A stretch of DNA of 64,000 nucleotides. Source: Octopus sinensis (lineage: Eukaryota). Shown here in pieces: positions 40,445 to 55,637 of the stretch; position 1 is the stretch's first letter; each line of letters opens with the position of its first letter. The notes beneath the pieces are model-generated. The model saw only the letters and a program-made list of their open reading frames with translations, ran no database searches and had not been told where the DNA came from. The position numbers were made by a program, and so were the translations under genes. The DNA lies in NCBI RefSeq assembly GCF_006345805.1, contig NC_042998.1:68262001-68326000 (forward strand), written 5' to 3'.

Positions 40445-40476
<32 letters not shown>

Positions 40477-40529
40477 GTAGGAGGAGGACGAGAAGAAGAA
40501 GAAGAAGAATACTTTGGAACAAGTATTGT

Positions 40530-41028
40530 CTTGACAGAAAAAAATTAGTACGACCCAACGGCATCATCGAAAATGATGATGCAAAGTTCCTGTGAGATTT
40601 TATGATTCAGTGCGACCATGAGATAGAGAATAGGAAGCCGGACATATTCTTAATTGAGAAAGAAAACAAACTGTGCTGGATCATAGAAATAGCATACCCA
40701 GCTGACAAGGTATGCGATAAGGAGGAAAGAAAAGACGATAGATATGATAGGTTAGCTTGGGAAGTTAAGCAGTTGTAGTTCATGAAAAAGGTGGTGGTAG
40801 TACCAATAATTGTCGGAGCCCTGAGAACAGTGAGCAAAAATCTCGAGAAGTACATGGAACAAATAGGGGCTGCAATAAGGGTGGTGCACTTGCAGAAAAC
40901 AGCACTGCTTGGAACCGCTCGAATACTCCGGAAAGTGCTCGAAAAATAAGGGGTGTTACCTTTCTTCACTGGTAGTGAAAAGCTGACACTGTAGTACATC
41001 TCCAGCGTTACAAGCTGTGCAAAGGCAA

Positions 41029-41091
<63 letters not shown>
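40530..41091 (+). mobile_element. R4/Dong-like LINE 3' fragment with (TAG)n tail
   Basis: IIENDDAKFL*DFMIQCDHEIENRKPDIFLIEKE...VPIIVGAL...LQKTALLGTARILRKVL is an RLE paralogous to 26200-26570. Confidence 0.85.
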
Positions 41092-41092
<1 letters not shown>

Positions 41093-41228
41093 TCTAATAT
41101 GACTCCACTCTGGTGTACTGGACACGTCTGTCAATCACGTTCGCCTGCGTACTTAATACGTCTGTATTAAAAGTAAGCAAATGCGTCGGTAAGTGAACAA
41201 TGATGTCACATAGTGGATCGGTAGATAA

Positions 41229-41346
<118 letters not shown>

Positions 41347-41811
41347 TGATAGATATCAAAGAAAAGTAAGAGTGTGTGTAGTTACGTAATGAGTAACAAC
41401 AAAAGTTTAATTTCCTAAGTGAAAAAAAAAGTAAATGTCTCGCTTCATTTTGAGAAAAGTTCTACTTTGAAAGATTGAATAAAGCAGACGATAGGTAATA
41501 AATATGAGAAAATAAATTATTTCTCCATTACATGGATAGATTTCCGCATCCATATATATTCGAAATGTTTTGAAATTGCAGCCAGTAATAGGGATGTCCT
41601 CTCACAATAAATGTATGTTTTGCATTTTATTTATTTCCCTCACTGAATATTGTTTGATGACAACTTTCAAAGATGTGTAGACACTATCAAATATTCCCTA
41701 ACATGTATATAGTCTACACTATACGTATGTATACACGCACGCAGTGTTGAAATGTGTATGCATGTAGGCATGCGCACCAACACACATACACACGCACATG
41801 CACATATGTAT

Positions 41812-41842
<31 letters not shown>

Positions 41843-42035
41843 GATGGATAGACAGATATATGTATGCATATATATATATATATATGGCGGGGTCTGTGTG
41901 AGTTTAATGTATATACTGTCTCAATGTATACATGATTATGTATGTGTTAACATATATATACATATACATATATATATACACACACATACATATTATATAC
42001 CAAAATATACATTTATGTATATGTAAGTATGTATG

Positions 42036-42068
<33 letters not shown>

Positions 42069-42082
42069 TATATACATATATT

Positions 42083-42141
<59 letters not shown>

Positions 42142-42262
42142 ATATAGTGTGTTGTGTGTGTGTGTGTGTGTGTGTGTATGTATATATATATATATATATA
42201 TATAAACATATATGTATGTACGTGTATATATATGTACATAAATGTGTTTGTTCGTGTGTATG

Positions 42263-42313
<51 letters not shown>

Positions 42314-43474
42314 TGTGTGTGTGTGTGTGTGGTGTGTGTGTGTAGTATCAAGTGATGCATTTACTATTCATCTTATTCATCTTGCCTCTTACATCTTAAT
42401 CTCACCACTTAGCTTTTAAAACCAAGTCGGGTGTGCCATGCTTTGATAATAATGTAAATTCTGAGTTGTTACTATGCAAGTTGGTTCGGAGATAGACAAG
42501 CTATCATGTTTAGATGTAAGCAATCAAATAGTAAAAGCATTACTAAGTTCCGTGCATGTGTTAGTCCCTGCTACTTCACAAAGACATGCGATAGTGTTGT
42601 AAACAGTTTGGAGAAGGTAATGTGCTGTTGCTTTGGTTCCGTACTTTATGCCGGCTTCGTTTCAATGCAAGTCTTAAAAAGCTTGGAGATGGTTTTAGTC
42701 TTTTTGAAGTAGATAATAACTTGAGATTCCTGAAAAACTTGTTAGTCTTGAAGTTAAATGTATTTTTGTTACGGACAGCTTAATGGTTCGGTAAGTGAGT
42801 GCGCGGTTTCGATAATTTTGTATTTCAGTGTTCGAAACCTCGGCGGGTGTTTCGAGAAACATTTTGGGGTTTTTTTTTCTACCATTTGTATTTTTTAATC
42901 GTTTATCAATAATCATTTTATAACAGCTTTTTCCCGTTTACTTTTACTTGTTCCACTCATTTGATTTCGGCCATGCTGGAGCATTGCTTTCAGAGCTTCT
43001 AGTCGAACAGATTAACCCTAGTGTTTATTTAAGTGTGATACTTACTCTATCATCACTTTTGCCAAACCACCCACTAAGTTATGAGGACGTAAACAGACCA
43101 ACACCGGTTGTCAAGCAGTGGTGAGAGGCAAAAACAAGTGCAAAGATACACACACATATGTATGTGTATATATATATAAGTTTTATGAGCTGAGTGATAA
43201 ATCGTGATTTTACGATATCTAAATATCTTACCTTCTTACCACTGTCCAATCTCGTTCTGCTCGGTAGTAGATTCTTATGCTGACCAGAATGAGGGCGGAC
43301 AAAAGTGGACTCAGTCAGACAGTGACAGTTGCTACCTGTATGCAATTATTGTTGTTGATGTGCATCGTAATATAGAATTAAGGTCCAATGAATCTTTTGA
43401 TGCCGCAGCAACTTCTGTGTGTCTATATATTCTTTGTTTGTCAGAACTGAGTGATATAGTGTTTTTAGGAAGCT

Positions 43475-43522
<48 letters not shown>

Positions 43523-43559
43523 TAGTAGTAGTAGTAGTAGTGGGGGGTTAGAGGAGTTT

Positions 43560-44590
43560 TACACAAAGGGACATGAACTGTGGCCCACCATGTCTTGGTA
43601 GTCTGTTATTTCGAGTATCTTTCTTTTGTCTAGGTCTGAGAGTATGATCCGTGTACAAACTATAATGTTGACTGAAGTATGGTCTGTGTACAAACACTGA
43701 TTTTCTTAGAGCATTGTTTTGTGTTCTTTGAAGTTTGCTGTAGTTTTTTTGTTGTGACGGTATTTTGTAAATTTAGTTGTGTAAATTAAGGTTGTGTGAA
43801 TTTAGTTTCAAAAATCGGACGAGAGAACGGTTCCATTTAGTAATCCATTCGGAGCATTTCAAGTTCTGGAAGTGTTGTTCTCGTAAACACAATTTAAATT
43901 GACTTGTAGTTTGCTGCCCAATGATTTGTGATGGTTCCTAAAGTAATGTTAAGTATCTTTTGCCTGATTTGATATTAAATAGTGCAGTCGAAATTTTTGC
44001 TTATGTCGTAGATAGTTAGAATGCTAATTTGGGGGGACTTTTGACGTTGAATCTAACGCGTATTATTTGGAAAAAGAGACATAATGTATTCAAAGATATT
44101 TCTGTAGAGAGTAGAGCATCCTATGATTCGAACAGATGCAACCAGTTTCTCAAACTAAGACAATGTAAAACGCTGCTGTCTTTCTTTTATTTTCCTAGTG
44201 TCATGTTTACTTTGAAAAAAGACACTGTCCGAAACGTTAGATACAATTTCAATGTATTCTTTCTGTTATATTTTAAAAATTAAAAGATTGTTACCGCTGT
44301 AGACTAAAAATATTTAATGTTTATATGAGAGTGTGATGGTCTATATAGAATTCCTTTAGGTGGGGGTCTTTGATAGGAGTTACAATAATTGTAATTTTGC
44401 CTTGTTTCCAGATTCTGGTATAAGCAGTAATTGTAAATGTGGTGAGTGCAGTGAAATTTTTCAGGCCTTAAATGTTTTTCATATATATTTAGGTTTCATT
44501 CTTGGTTTTTTCTGGCTCTGAAGCTTTTGAGGTTTTGTATTACCATATTGTTTTTGAGACTTTAGAATGTTTTCTCGAAAGAAGGAGTAA
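43560..44590 (-). mobile_element. Degenerate I/Jockey-like LINE RT fragment
   Basis: Minus-strand frameshifted pieces resembling IWKQGKI...YRP, LNI..RTITNHW and KLQRTQNNALR. Confidence 0.5.
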
Positions 44591-45072
44591 AATCGAAGTG
44601 AAGAGTGCATATATATACAAGTATATACATACAGATTATTTTTGCAATTTCGGCTGGTTTTGCTCGAGAGTGCTCCAATCTGGCCAGCCCCAAGGATTGT
44701 ATTTGTATTTGTGTACCATTTCTCCGTATTTTTCCGCCCTTATTTTTGTATATATTTGTCGCTTTCTTCCAAGGAATCTGATGCTCTTAGCTTAGTTTTT
44801 CCTTGGGGCTGGCCAGATTGGAGCAATCTCAAGTATAACCAACCGAAATTGCAAAGATAATCTGGAACTCGACTGAGGAAAGAAAACTTCGAATGACCCG
44901 TCCGTGTTTTTTTCTTGTCTCTCATTTGTATCATCTGTCTAGATGTTTTGTTGTCCCTTTTTGTATCATCTAGCTGTCTAGATTATACTTTTTATATACA
45001 TATGGCGGCGTGCGTACACTTTGGTCTCTCATATACTGTCTCGCACTCTACTACGTCTCTAACGGAATTCGC

Positions 45073-45124
<52 letters not shown>

Positions 45125-45544
45125 GTGTGTGTTATGTATATATATATATATATATAATATATATATATAAGGGTATCCCGTAGAAACGTAGTGTATGTGT
45201 GTACATATCTGTATGTGTGCATGTGGATGCATGGGTGTGCTAACCCGAGGACGCAATGCCTAATGGTTAAGGTGTTGCGATGTGTTCTTGAACAAAACAC
45301 TTTATCTCACGCTATTCTTCGATCACTTCGATATCTCACGTGTGGTACAGCGTGAACCTGTTCAGGCAACGTCGATTGGATGCAGGGATTGAGTTAATAC
45401 GCCGCACATATAAACAAGTAATCTGTGTAGGTTGTTCTGCAATTTCTTGCAGAACTGCCTACCATTATGTGCTAACCCATGCTAACCCATAACACACATA
45501 CATACAGATGGACAAGTACATAGATAGATAGGTAGCTAGCAAGC

Positions 45545-45625
<81 letters not shown>

Positions 45626-45974
45626 GAAGAGAAAGAGAGAGATGTCAGCAGATTTTTATATCTTTCATTAACTTACATCAGTTTGTAATCACCGAGATCC
45701 TAATCAATAGTTTTCGTAATTATTACTATTTAATGATTTCATTATCTCAGGAAATTAGTTGAAATAACATTGGTATTAAATTAGAAGAGGGTTTTGTAAA
45801 CAGATTAGCAACAACCAAATATTATTTGAAGGGAGAAACGCTTAAGAGCTTTCTCACTAAATGTTGTGATATCTATTGGTCAGCGATGTGTGTACAACGT
45901 TGTCTGTTATATTGAGGAGGAGATGTTGTGGGAGAAGGAGTGAAGGCGGAGAAAGATGAGGGATAGAAGAAGAA

Positions 45975-46009
<35 letters not shown>

Positions 46010-46524
46010 AGAGGAAGAAAATGAAACAAAAAGGTGGAAGGGGAGAAGGAAGTAGGAGTGAAAGAAAAATAACGAAGAAAAAGAAGAAGAAGAAGAAGAA
46101 GAAGAAGAAGAAGAAGAAGAAGAAGAGAAGAAAAAAAGAAGAAGAAGAAGAAGAAGAAGAAGAAGAAGAAGAAGAAGAAGAAGAAGACGAAGGGGGGAGG
46201 AGGAGGGGGGAGTGATGAAAAGGAAGAAGGAAAAGAAGAAGCTTGTCAATGACTGTATATTGTCGTTTGTGTTTCTGTGAAGTTAGCATTCGCTTTTGTT
46301 TCGTTTCAGATAGTCGAAGTATAAAAGTTTACAATGATGATGATGATAATGATGATGATTTCTTTTATTAACCACAGGAGCCCAAAGACATGGAGGGGCA
46401 ATAATCAAAGGACAAGGTACAACGCACAGACCGTTGAGGCTTACATCGATCAAGAGGAGATACTGCAACGATAAGAATATAGCAAAAGAATATAAAAACC
46501 ATAACAAAATAAATAAATAATTAA

Positions 46525-47285
46525 TTAATTAACAGACCCCCGCCTCTCAATGGTGAGGAAGTTCACTGAGGGTAATTCAAGGAAAATCCAAACACAATAT
46601 CTCAGATTACTTTCCTTTCTCCAAGACTTGGGAAGTGCCCTCTTCCAGATTCTGTCCTCCTACTTAAGAAAGCATACTCAGAGTAGATCCGTTCAGTCAC
46701 ACCAATCATGCCACTCTCATCTACTTTCCGATAAACACACTAGAAAGCAGCACCTCCCTCTTGACCCCGACTTTCCTCTGCAAATGATATTTGAAGAAAT
46801 TTAATGAGAGCTTGACCTGGTAGGAAAGTGCCTGTCCTCAACCCTTTCAGATGGGTTCGCCAAAGTCTTTTTTTTTTTGTCACAGCCATTAAGCAGAAAT
46901 CTATCATCCTTTCTCTTCCAAAGGAAGATGATGCAATGATCATCTTCACTATACATTCGGCGGAAAGCTTGATTCGTCTAATACAAGACAGCTGCATCTC
47001 GACAGAAACCCACAAGTCGCTAATGCACAGACACCAAACAATTACGTGCAGGATGGATTCGTCCGCCTGCATGCATCTCGAGCAGGTTTGGCTGTTGGCG
47101 CTTCTATACTTGAAGATCTAGTTTCGAAAGGGCAATGATCCCCTGTAGCACTACCATCCCAAAGACCTCTGAATGTCCTCCGGAAGAAAACACTCCGGCT
47201 CTTCTCGTCGGTGCTCAACGTCAATCCTAGGTTATCGTCGCTCATACCCTCAACTAATCCCTTTTCATTTCAAAACCGTCAAAGA
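46525..47285 (-). mobile_element. Tx1/L1-group LINE 3' fragment
   Basis: zf-RVT-like PTCSRCMQADESILHVIVWC followed by LSAECIVK...LPGQALIKF; frameshifted; (TAAT/TTTA)n tail. Confidence 0.7.
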
Positions 47286-47859
47286 CATTCTTCACGAATA
47301 TTACCTACCTTTTTTTTCTCTCATATACATTGGAATCAAAAATAAACATATGAATCGATAAAAGTGAGCTTTACGAGACGATCTGTTTGCACGGTCCTTA
47401 ACCGATTGGACTTTACAAGGGTGCAAAAAAGAAGGTCATTTAGTCTGTAAATGAAGCTGCAGAGAAAAAGCATTAGGTGGAATTTTGGCTTGGGAGCTGA
47501 TCCACGTACTGTTGCTGCTGTGATGCAATTCAGGGTCTGATTAACCCTGACTGGAGCTAACCGACCTAGGCGAGGATGCCTAATGTTGAAAGATCAAAAC
47601 ACCCGATGACCCCCCATCACACATCACTATTAATGCACCTCGACTTTCCCGAGAGATGCACCTTGCGCACGTAAGGAAGTTCAGATGAAGCCCCAATTTC
47701 ATCGATCTAACTTTACCAGGATCATAAAAGTCGTAAATGCTTCTTTAAAAAGCCTAAAATTAGTCAATTCTTTGTGAATTAACATAATGCCCTTTTGACA
47801 CAAATTCTTCATCATCCGCGGCAGCAGTATCAGCAGCAGCAGTAGTAGCAGCAGCAGCT

Positions 47860-48125
47860 TCAGCCCCTTTGAATTATTGTCTTGATTCCTTGGACGCACA
47901 AGGCCGGTTGCCCAATTTCTATGGTGCATATAAGTGACCAAGATCACGACATCCCCCCTAAACAGGGGCCAGTCTGTCGCAGGGATTTTCACTTAGGGCT
48001 GAACGGGCTGAAGAAACGTGAATTGAAATGTGTTTTGCCTCGAGAGCACAACACACCGCTTGTTCCGGGAATTGAAACCACGATCTTGCGATGCCATGAC
48101 CACTGGAACACCCGCATTCACTAAG
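47860..48125 (-). mobile_element. tRNA-derived SINE, additional family
   Basis: Head GGTTTCAATTCCCGG; body CCTGCGACAGACTGGCCCCTG; (CTG/CTA)n tail. Confidence 0.6.
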
Positions 48126-48919
48126 ATACAAATTGAGAACTGATTAAATATATTAAGATTAAATGTATTAATGAAATGCGTTTTCAATTAACCCGTCGCC
48201 TGCCATGCTAAAATCAGTCTCACTGCCGGTTGTTCGTTGCATTTAAAGTGAATTGCTTCTGTACATTGTGTATGCAGAGGTGTTTAACAATATTTAGTAG
48301 TTAAAGTTTGTCATTATTAATTCTGGCTAATTCTAGAGGACATTTTATGTCATAAATTGCAATTTTTGAACTACAAAAATTTGACAGTTTTGAAAAGGTT
48401 TGTTTTTTGTTTTTTTGCATTTCCTGTCTATATCATTCATTGATATTTTATATGCTTTCGCATTTCATACTATAGTTTCAAAAAAAAAACTAAAATGTTT
48501 ATTATTGCAATTAAATAGAAAGGGATAAATATGCATTTTTTCAGTGATCCCCATTTGGGACTTTTCGAAAAAAATTATCGTAATTTCCAAAACAAGTCAC
48601 ATAGAAAATTTACAGCGAACTTTTGCTGACTCTTTCGCCACAACTTTCTCTCACTCTTTCCTCTTGCAGCTCATCTGCGAGGGACCGGCGTCCCGTCCAG
48701 GTGGGAAACCTATACGCCAAGGAAACCGAGAAACCGGCACTTATAAACCAGGCGTGGCTCGAGAAGGAACAAACAACAAACAATTCTAACTTCTAAGACA
48801 CCTGGCAAATCAAAAAAATATGAATAAAACAATTTGGCAGTTAATGGGTTAACACAATTCTGGTTTACCTTTTATAAGTTAAGATGAAAATCATAGTTCT
48901 TAACATTTAGTTGAAATAA

Positions 48920-51490
48920 GGCGGTGAGCTGGCAGAATCGTCAGCGCGCCGGGCAAAATGCTTAACGGCATTTCGTCCGTCTTTACGTTCAAAGTTCAAA
49001 TTCCGTCGTACTTGGCTTTTCTTTTCATCCTTTCGTGTTCGATAAAATAAGTACCAGTTCAGCAATAGGATCAATATAATCAACTTAACACCTTCCCCGA
49101 ACTTGCTGGCGTCGTGTTTAGTTTGAAATGATTTTAGTTGAGCCTGTAAAGAAAACAAGTCTTTGGTGACAGTCATAAACTAGTCTATCCAAGATGATGG
49201 TAATAAACCAGCTTTTCATTTGTGGAATGAGTTTCAAATTTAGAATTTATATCTTCCATTAACTTACATCAGTTTGTAATCACCGAGATCCCAATCAATA
49301 GTTTTCGCAATTATTTTTTATTAATGATTTCATTATCTCAGGAAATTAGTTGAAATAACATTGGTATTAAATTAGAAGAGGATTTTGTAAACAGATTAGC
49401 AACAACCAAATACCAAGTAGTATTTGAACAGAGAAGGAGGTTCGGTGGTTGAAATATTGGGGTGCTGCCTGGCTAAAATAGCTTACAGCATTGCAGAATG
49501 GTTAAGAAGTTCGCTTCGCAATCGCTAGATCCGAGGTTCGACTCCGCAACAGAGCATCTTGGACAAGTGTCTTTTTTTCCTTCGGCATTAGGTCGACCCA
49601 GGCCTTATGAGTGAACGCGTGTCACCGAAAACTGCGCGGACGACTGTCAGAGTAATTATACCAGTAATTCACACCGTGTCACGTTGAGTACATCTGAGAA
49701 CTGCATCAAAGATTTACGTGACTGTTTTATGTTCGGCCATTTACAAGATGAATTTAGAACTAGGCGGTTTGATTGATAGAACAACTAAATAATCATCGTG
49801 GAAACTGACGGATATCCAGTACTATTAGTATTAGTATCTTGAGGGTAGTGGACCATCAGCGGTATTATTTTTTTCCGACTCTTCACGTATTGAGTGCAAA
49901 TTCTACAGAGGTCAACCCTGCCATTTATCCTTTCGAGCGATTAAATAAAATACCCAGCTAAATACCAGGTTCGAGTGTCACGACTAACTCTTTCTTCAAA
50001 ATCGCAGACCTTGTTCTTATTTCTTTTTCTTTTGTTTCTTGAGCACTAAGACTCATGAGGTCAATAATCCTGTTTCCATCCGGTAAAAATGACTGATATC
50101 ACAACGTTACCCTGAACAGGAAACCATCTCGTTGCAGGGTTCAAGTGTAGCAATTTTTGAGGAAGGAAACAAGTCGATTGCATTGACTCCGGTACTTGAC
50201 TGGTGCTTTATTTCACCGACCCCGAAGTGTTAAAGGCCTTGTTGGTATTTGAACACAGAATGTAAAGTGTCGGAAGAAATAACACTTAGCATTTTGTCCG
50301 GCGTGCTAACTATTCTTATTTCTTTATTGCCCACAAGGGGCTACACACAGAGGGGACAAACAAGGACAGACAAACGGGTTAGGACGATTACATTGACCCC
50401 AGTGCGTAACTGGTACCTATTCAATCGACCCCGAAAGGATGAAAGGCAAAGTCAACCTCGGCGGAATTTGAACTCAGAACGTAGCGGCAGACGAAATACG
50501 CCCGGTGTGCTAACGTTTCTGCCAACTCGCCGCCTTTTTCCTAAATCGGTTTCAAATCAGCAGAATGGTTAGAACCGTGGAGAAAATAGTTTGTGACATT
50601 CATTCCGCTTCTTTACATGCAGAGTTCAAATCCCAACGAAATCAACTTTACCTTTTATTTTTCCAAGGTTGATGTAATAAAGTATCATTCGAGTACTAGA
50701 ATCATCGATAAACAACTTATTTCTTCTTGAAATTGCTGGCATTTCCATGAAGTCTAAATTACAAAGAATCATTTATTTGTATTCAATGTCTCGCTGACGA
50801 CCTGATCTTTGGATTCGTATATCATAGTTTATTCATGATAGGGTTTATGAGTTGCTATTTAAGCCTTAACTGCATTTGGAATTCGGGATGTAAAATATGG
50901 GGGTGGATTACAAGATCAAATTATAAGGAAACTGTTGTTGCTCTTATCGTTTAGCCCTAGGTTAGTTTTGATCAAGCAGAACTGATCTAGAGCTAATGAA
51001 CTGTGTTTTTAATTAGGACTGTTCTGGTTTACCTTTTTAAGTTAAGACGAAAATCTTAGTTCTTAATAGTTAGTTGAAATAAGGCAGTGAGCTGGCAGAA
51101 TCGCTAGCAAGCTGGATGAAAGGCTTAGCGGCATTCCGTCTGTCTTTACGATCTGAGTTCAAATTCCGCCGAGGTCGACTTTGCCTTGCCTCCTGTCGGA
51201 GTTGATAACATAAGTAGGATAACATAACTGGGATCGATATAATCGACATGCTCCTCTCATAAAATTGCTGGCCTTGTGCCAAAATTTGAAATTATTCTTA
51301 AGGCAGAAAGCTGGTAGAATCGTTAGCGCACTGGACAAAACCGTTAGCGGCATTTTTTCCGTCACTGTGTATCCTAAGTTCAAATGCTTTGTCTGTCATC
51401 CATTTGAGGTCAATAAATTAAGCACCACTGGGGCTAATGTAATCGATTAACGACCTCCTCAAAAACTTTTCAGGACTTGTGCCTATAGGG
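48920..51490. mobile_element. Cluster of family B SINE copies on both strands
   Basis: Copies at about 48920-49120 (+), 49850-50000, 50335-50535 (-), 50560-50750, 51074-51290 (+) and 51300-51490 (+). Confidence 0.8.
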
Positions 51491-51496
51491 TAAAGA

Positions 51497-51561
<65 letters not shown>

Positions 51562-51593
51562 CATCATCATTATTATTATTATTAATACTATTA

Positions 51594-51651
<58 letters not shown>

Positions 51652-51668
51652 CATCATCATTATTATTG

Positions 51669-51711
<43 letters not shown>

Positions 51712-51742
51712 ATTATTATTATCATCATTATTATTATTATTA

Positions 51743-51782
<40 letters not shown>

Positions 51783-51861
51783 TACTATTATTATTATCAT
51801 CATCATTATTATTATCATAATTATTATTATCATTATTATTATTGTTGTTGTTGCTGTTGTT

Positions 51862-52005
51862 GAGTGAGAGAGCAGTGCATGCCATCAAAGTAACACTGGG
51901 GTACAAACATATGAAAGCCCAATATACCCATCATGACTACCCGTCTGATAAAGGTACACCAGGCACATGCATCAAAACTATATGTGTGCGACATGGCGAT
52001 CTTAT
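51862..52005 (-). mobile_element. 3' fragment of the 26814-27565 family
   Basis: GAGAGCAGTGCATGCCATCAAAGT.ACACTGGGGTACAAA matches 3274-3400. Confidence 0.8.
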
Positions 52006-52214
52006 ACAGGCGCCATAGGGCAAGAGAAGAAGAGAAGGTATAGAGGAAGAAAGAGGGAACGAAAGAACAAATGTTAAGGGAGAAAGGGAGGAACGAGCAA
52101 ATAGAGAATAAATGATAGATGGAAGGAAAAGATGAAGGGAAGAATAGGGGTTATGGGAAGTAAGAATAAAGAATAAGGGTAAGTTGCAGAAATTATTATT
52201 AGGTAGATATTATT

Positions 52215-52900
52215 TAAAAAAGGCAAATGATTGTTTTTTCCCAATGCAAACACTTGTAAGCACGTTCATTAAAGGTGTTGACCAGTTTATGTTAAAAAAA
52301 GAGAAAAGATAGTTGTTCGTCTGTACAAAGAAGACAGAAAGATTTCCCTTTGTTATAGGGATATGATCTTGATAAAATTTTCCAATCTAAAGAAAAATAT
52401 TTACTAGAATCTTTGAGGTGCCAAATTAGCTTACTAAGTCCTGTAGAATCACGCTTATGACTGTATTTAAAAGTGGAAAGATGGTTTGCGATACAGCTTT
52501 TCAACTCCGTATAAAAGAGTTCTTTAGATCCAGAGGTAATTTTGCATTGGTAAACAACATATTCAATTCTTCAATTCCCATTGAGGACGCAAATTATATT
52601 CGGGCCACAGTTACAAGGACTAATATCATTGATATTATTATTCAAGGAGAGATTATCGTTAATATCATTAATGTTACTACAGTTATTAAGAGGAATTCTA
52701 TTAACTTTGAGAATGTAGTTGTTATGCGAGGATATAATTTGCAGGAGGTTACTGGTGTTGGGGAAGCCAATTCTGATACCTGGAATTTAAGAGAAAGTTC
52801 CTTTCGATAGCTTAACGAAATAGGTGGGGAAGGATAATTTTAGCTTGTTTTCCGTATGGCACAATCAACCAGATATTTGTTTTACCAGAGTTACGCGATT
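52215..52900 (-). mobile_element. PLE linker plus GIY-YIG endonuclease remnant
   Basis: Frame 52786 to 52292: QIISSHNNYIL...PCNCGPNIICVLNGN*RIEYVVYQC...ANHLSTFKYSHKRDSTGLSKLIWHLKD...WKILSRSYPYNKGKSFCLLC. Confidence 0.8.
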
Positions 52901-53010
52901 TATGGAGAGATTTACTATTAAAAAAGCTTTTTTTTTTAAAGAACGGGAAAAGGGTGGGAAAGTATAGAGTATAGTTACATCCCTTTATATATATATATAT
53001 ATATGTGTGG

Positions 53011-53043
<33 letters not shown>

Positions 53044-53044
53044 T

Positions 53045-53076
<32 letters not shown>

Positions 53077-53266
53077 ATATTTATTTAGTTATATCTCACC
53101 ATATTGATTGTAATTATTGTACTGTATTATGTCTAATCTCATTGCTATTGTGTAGTGTTTTAATAAAGTATGTGATTGGGTATTATCTGATAGTTGATGA
53201 TTGATTTAGATATATTTCTCCATTTTCTCATTTTGTATATATATATATATTGTGTGTGTGTGTGTG

Positions 53267-53313
<47 letters not shown>

Positions 53314-53353
53314 TGTATATATATATATATACATGTATATATATATGTGTATA

Positions 53354-53391
<38 letters not shown>

Positions 53392-53692
53392 CATATATAT
53401 ATTTTTCTTTTCTGCGTGTGCTTTTATGTGTGTACGTGTGTGTGTGTTTGTGTGTGTAGCTTGGGAGTTAATCATTCTTAAGGCTATCATATGAACTTAC
53501 ATGACGTGTTGAATGTTATTTTATTTGTGCACCTGTCCATTTGTGCATATATGTGTATACACAAGTGAACGGGTGTACAAATGAAATATATGTGTGCGTG
53601 CGTATGTGTGTGTATGCGTATATGTCTATATGTGTGTGTGTGTGTCTGTGTGCGTGTGTGTGCATGTGTGTGCATGTGTATGTATGTGTGTA

Positions 53693-53750
<58 letters not shown>

Positions 53751-53795
53751 TGTATTTGGGGATGGTCATGTTGCCAGTTTAGCCAATAACTTGTC

Positions 53796-53842
<47 letters not shown>

Positions 53843-53919
53843 GAATATATAGAGATATATATTTATAAACATATAGATGCATATATCCATAAATGTGTAT
53901 ATGTATGTATATATGCGTG

Positions 53920-53981
<62 letters not shown>

Positions 53982-54880
53982 CTTATCAATATCAAAAGAT
54001 AGAAAGATTGGTATGTGTGTGTCTCCGTGTGCGTGTGTGTGTGTATGTGTGTATTTTGCCTTGTGTGTTTGTGACAGAGTGTGTGTGTACCTGTGCAGGT
54101 GCGTGTGTGTGTGTGCATTAATAAAACAATTTTGACTTCCTTGCTCCACTAGTTTCTGAGCTAACAAACCAATCAAGCAAGCAAATAAACGTCATGAAAA
54201 AACGGTAGCTACTAATTTTTTGCTGGTTCGATATATTCACTGGTAGCGGTGCAAATCCATTCTTACACTAACTTGTCTGTTTTCATCTTTGACTCTTATA
54301 TTAGCCGGGAACTGTAGAAGCTTTACTCTACAGCAACACACGCCTCTCTGTTGCCAGCTGAAAACTTAGTTCTTTTCTTAAGGTTTTCATTTCACGATAC
54401 GGTAGTTTCTTTGTCTCGCTGGCATCGACGTTGCTTCCTGCTGTTACATAAGTATGTGCACACGTACACTCGCATACACACACACACACACGCACATGTA
54501 TAGATATGTATGTATATGTATATAAATATATACACATATTATATTTCCATGTATGTACGACTCTATATTTGTTTGTATATATGTATACATGTATATATCT
54601 TTGCATGAATGCATGTAAGTATACATGAATGTATATATGTATGTACGTACGCATGTATGTATACATATGTATATATCTATATGTATATACCTATATACAT
54701 AGACATGTACATTTATATATATATATATATATATATGTGTATACATATATATGCGTGTGTGGGTATGGGTGTGAGTGTATACAGTATATATATATACATA
54801 TGTATGTATGTATGTATGTGTGTGTATATATATATATGTAAGTGTATATATATATATAAATATATATATGTGTGTGTATG

Positions 54881-54982
<102 letters not shown>

Positions 54983-55459
54983 GACATATATATATATACA
55001 TATATATATACATATATATATATACATATTTGTACATATATATGAGTGTATGTGTGCGTGTGTGTATGTATCTGTACGTATGTACGTATGTATCTGTGCA
55101 TCTACGTATGTATCTGTGCATGCTCGTACGAATGAGTTTGCGCATGGACTCTTCAATTTTTGCTTATTTGTATTCTTCGCCTGCAGAAGGATTTGGTTTC
55201 TAACAAAGAAACAATGCTCCATTTATAGAATAAAGATAACAGAAGCAATGTCACATTTTGAACTTGAGAAAAGTCTTGCATATTTTTATTGTTCCGCTTA
55301 CGGTTTCCGTTTGTAATATGCATGTTACCTGGTTGATTTCTTTTCTGAAAAATCTTAGCTGGCATTTACTAACAAAAGGAATGAATGTTTCGAAACATTT
55401 GTCTGTAATTCTGTTTTGATTTTCGAAGAGGTATTTCCATCAGCTGGATAATTGACTTT

Positions 55460-55637
<178 letters not shown>

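Noticed and set aside
44205-44240. GACACTGTCCGAAACGTTAGA, possible HHR remnant
   Set aside because: The core is unrecognisable (TTGAAAA) and it lies within a LINE remnant.
55186-55316. Isolated exon-like segments with good acceptors or donors (also about 28300-28440, 33680-33750 and 62630-62680)
   Set aside because: No recognisable protein similarity and no consistent phase-linked chain; expected by chance in 64 kb.
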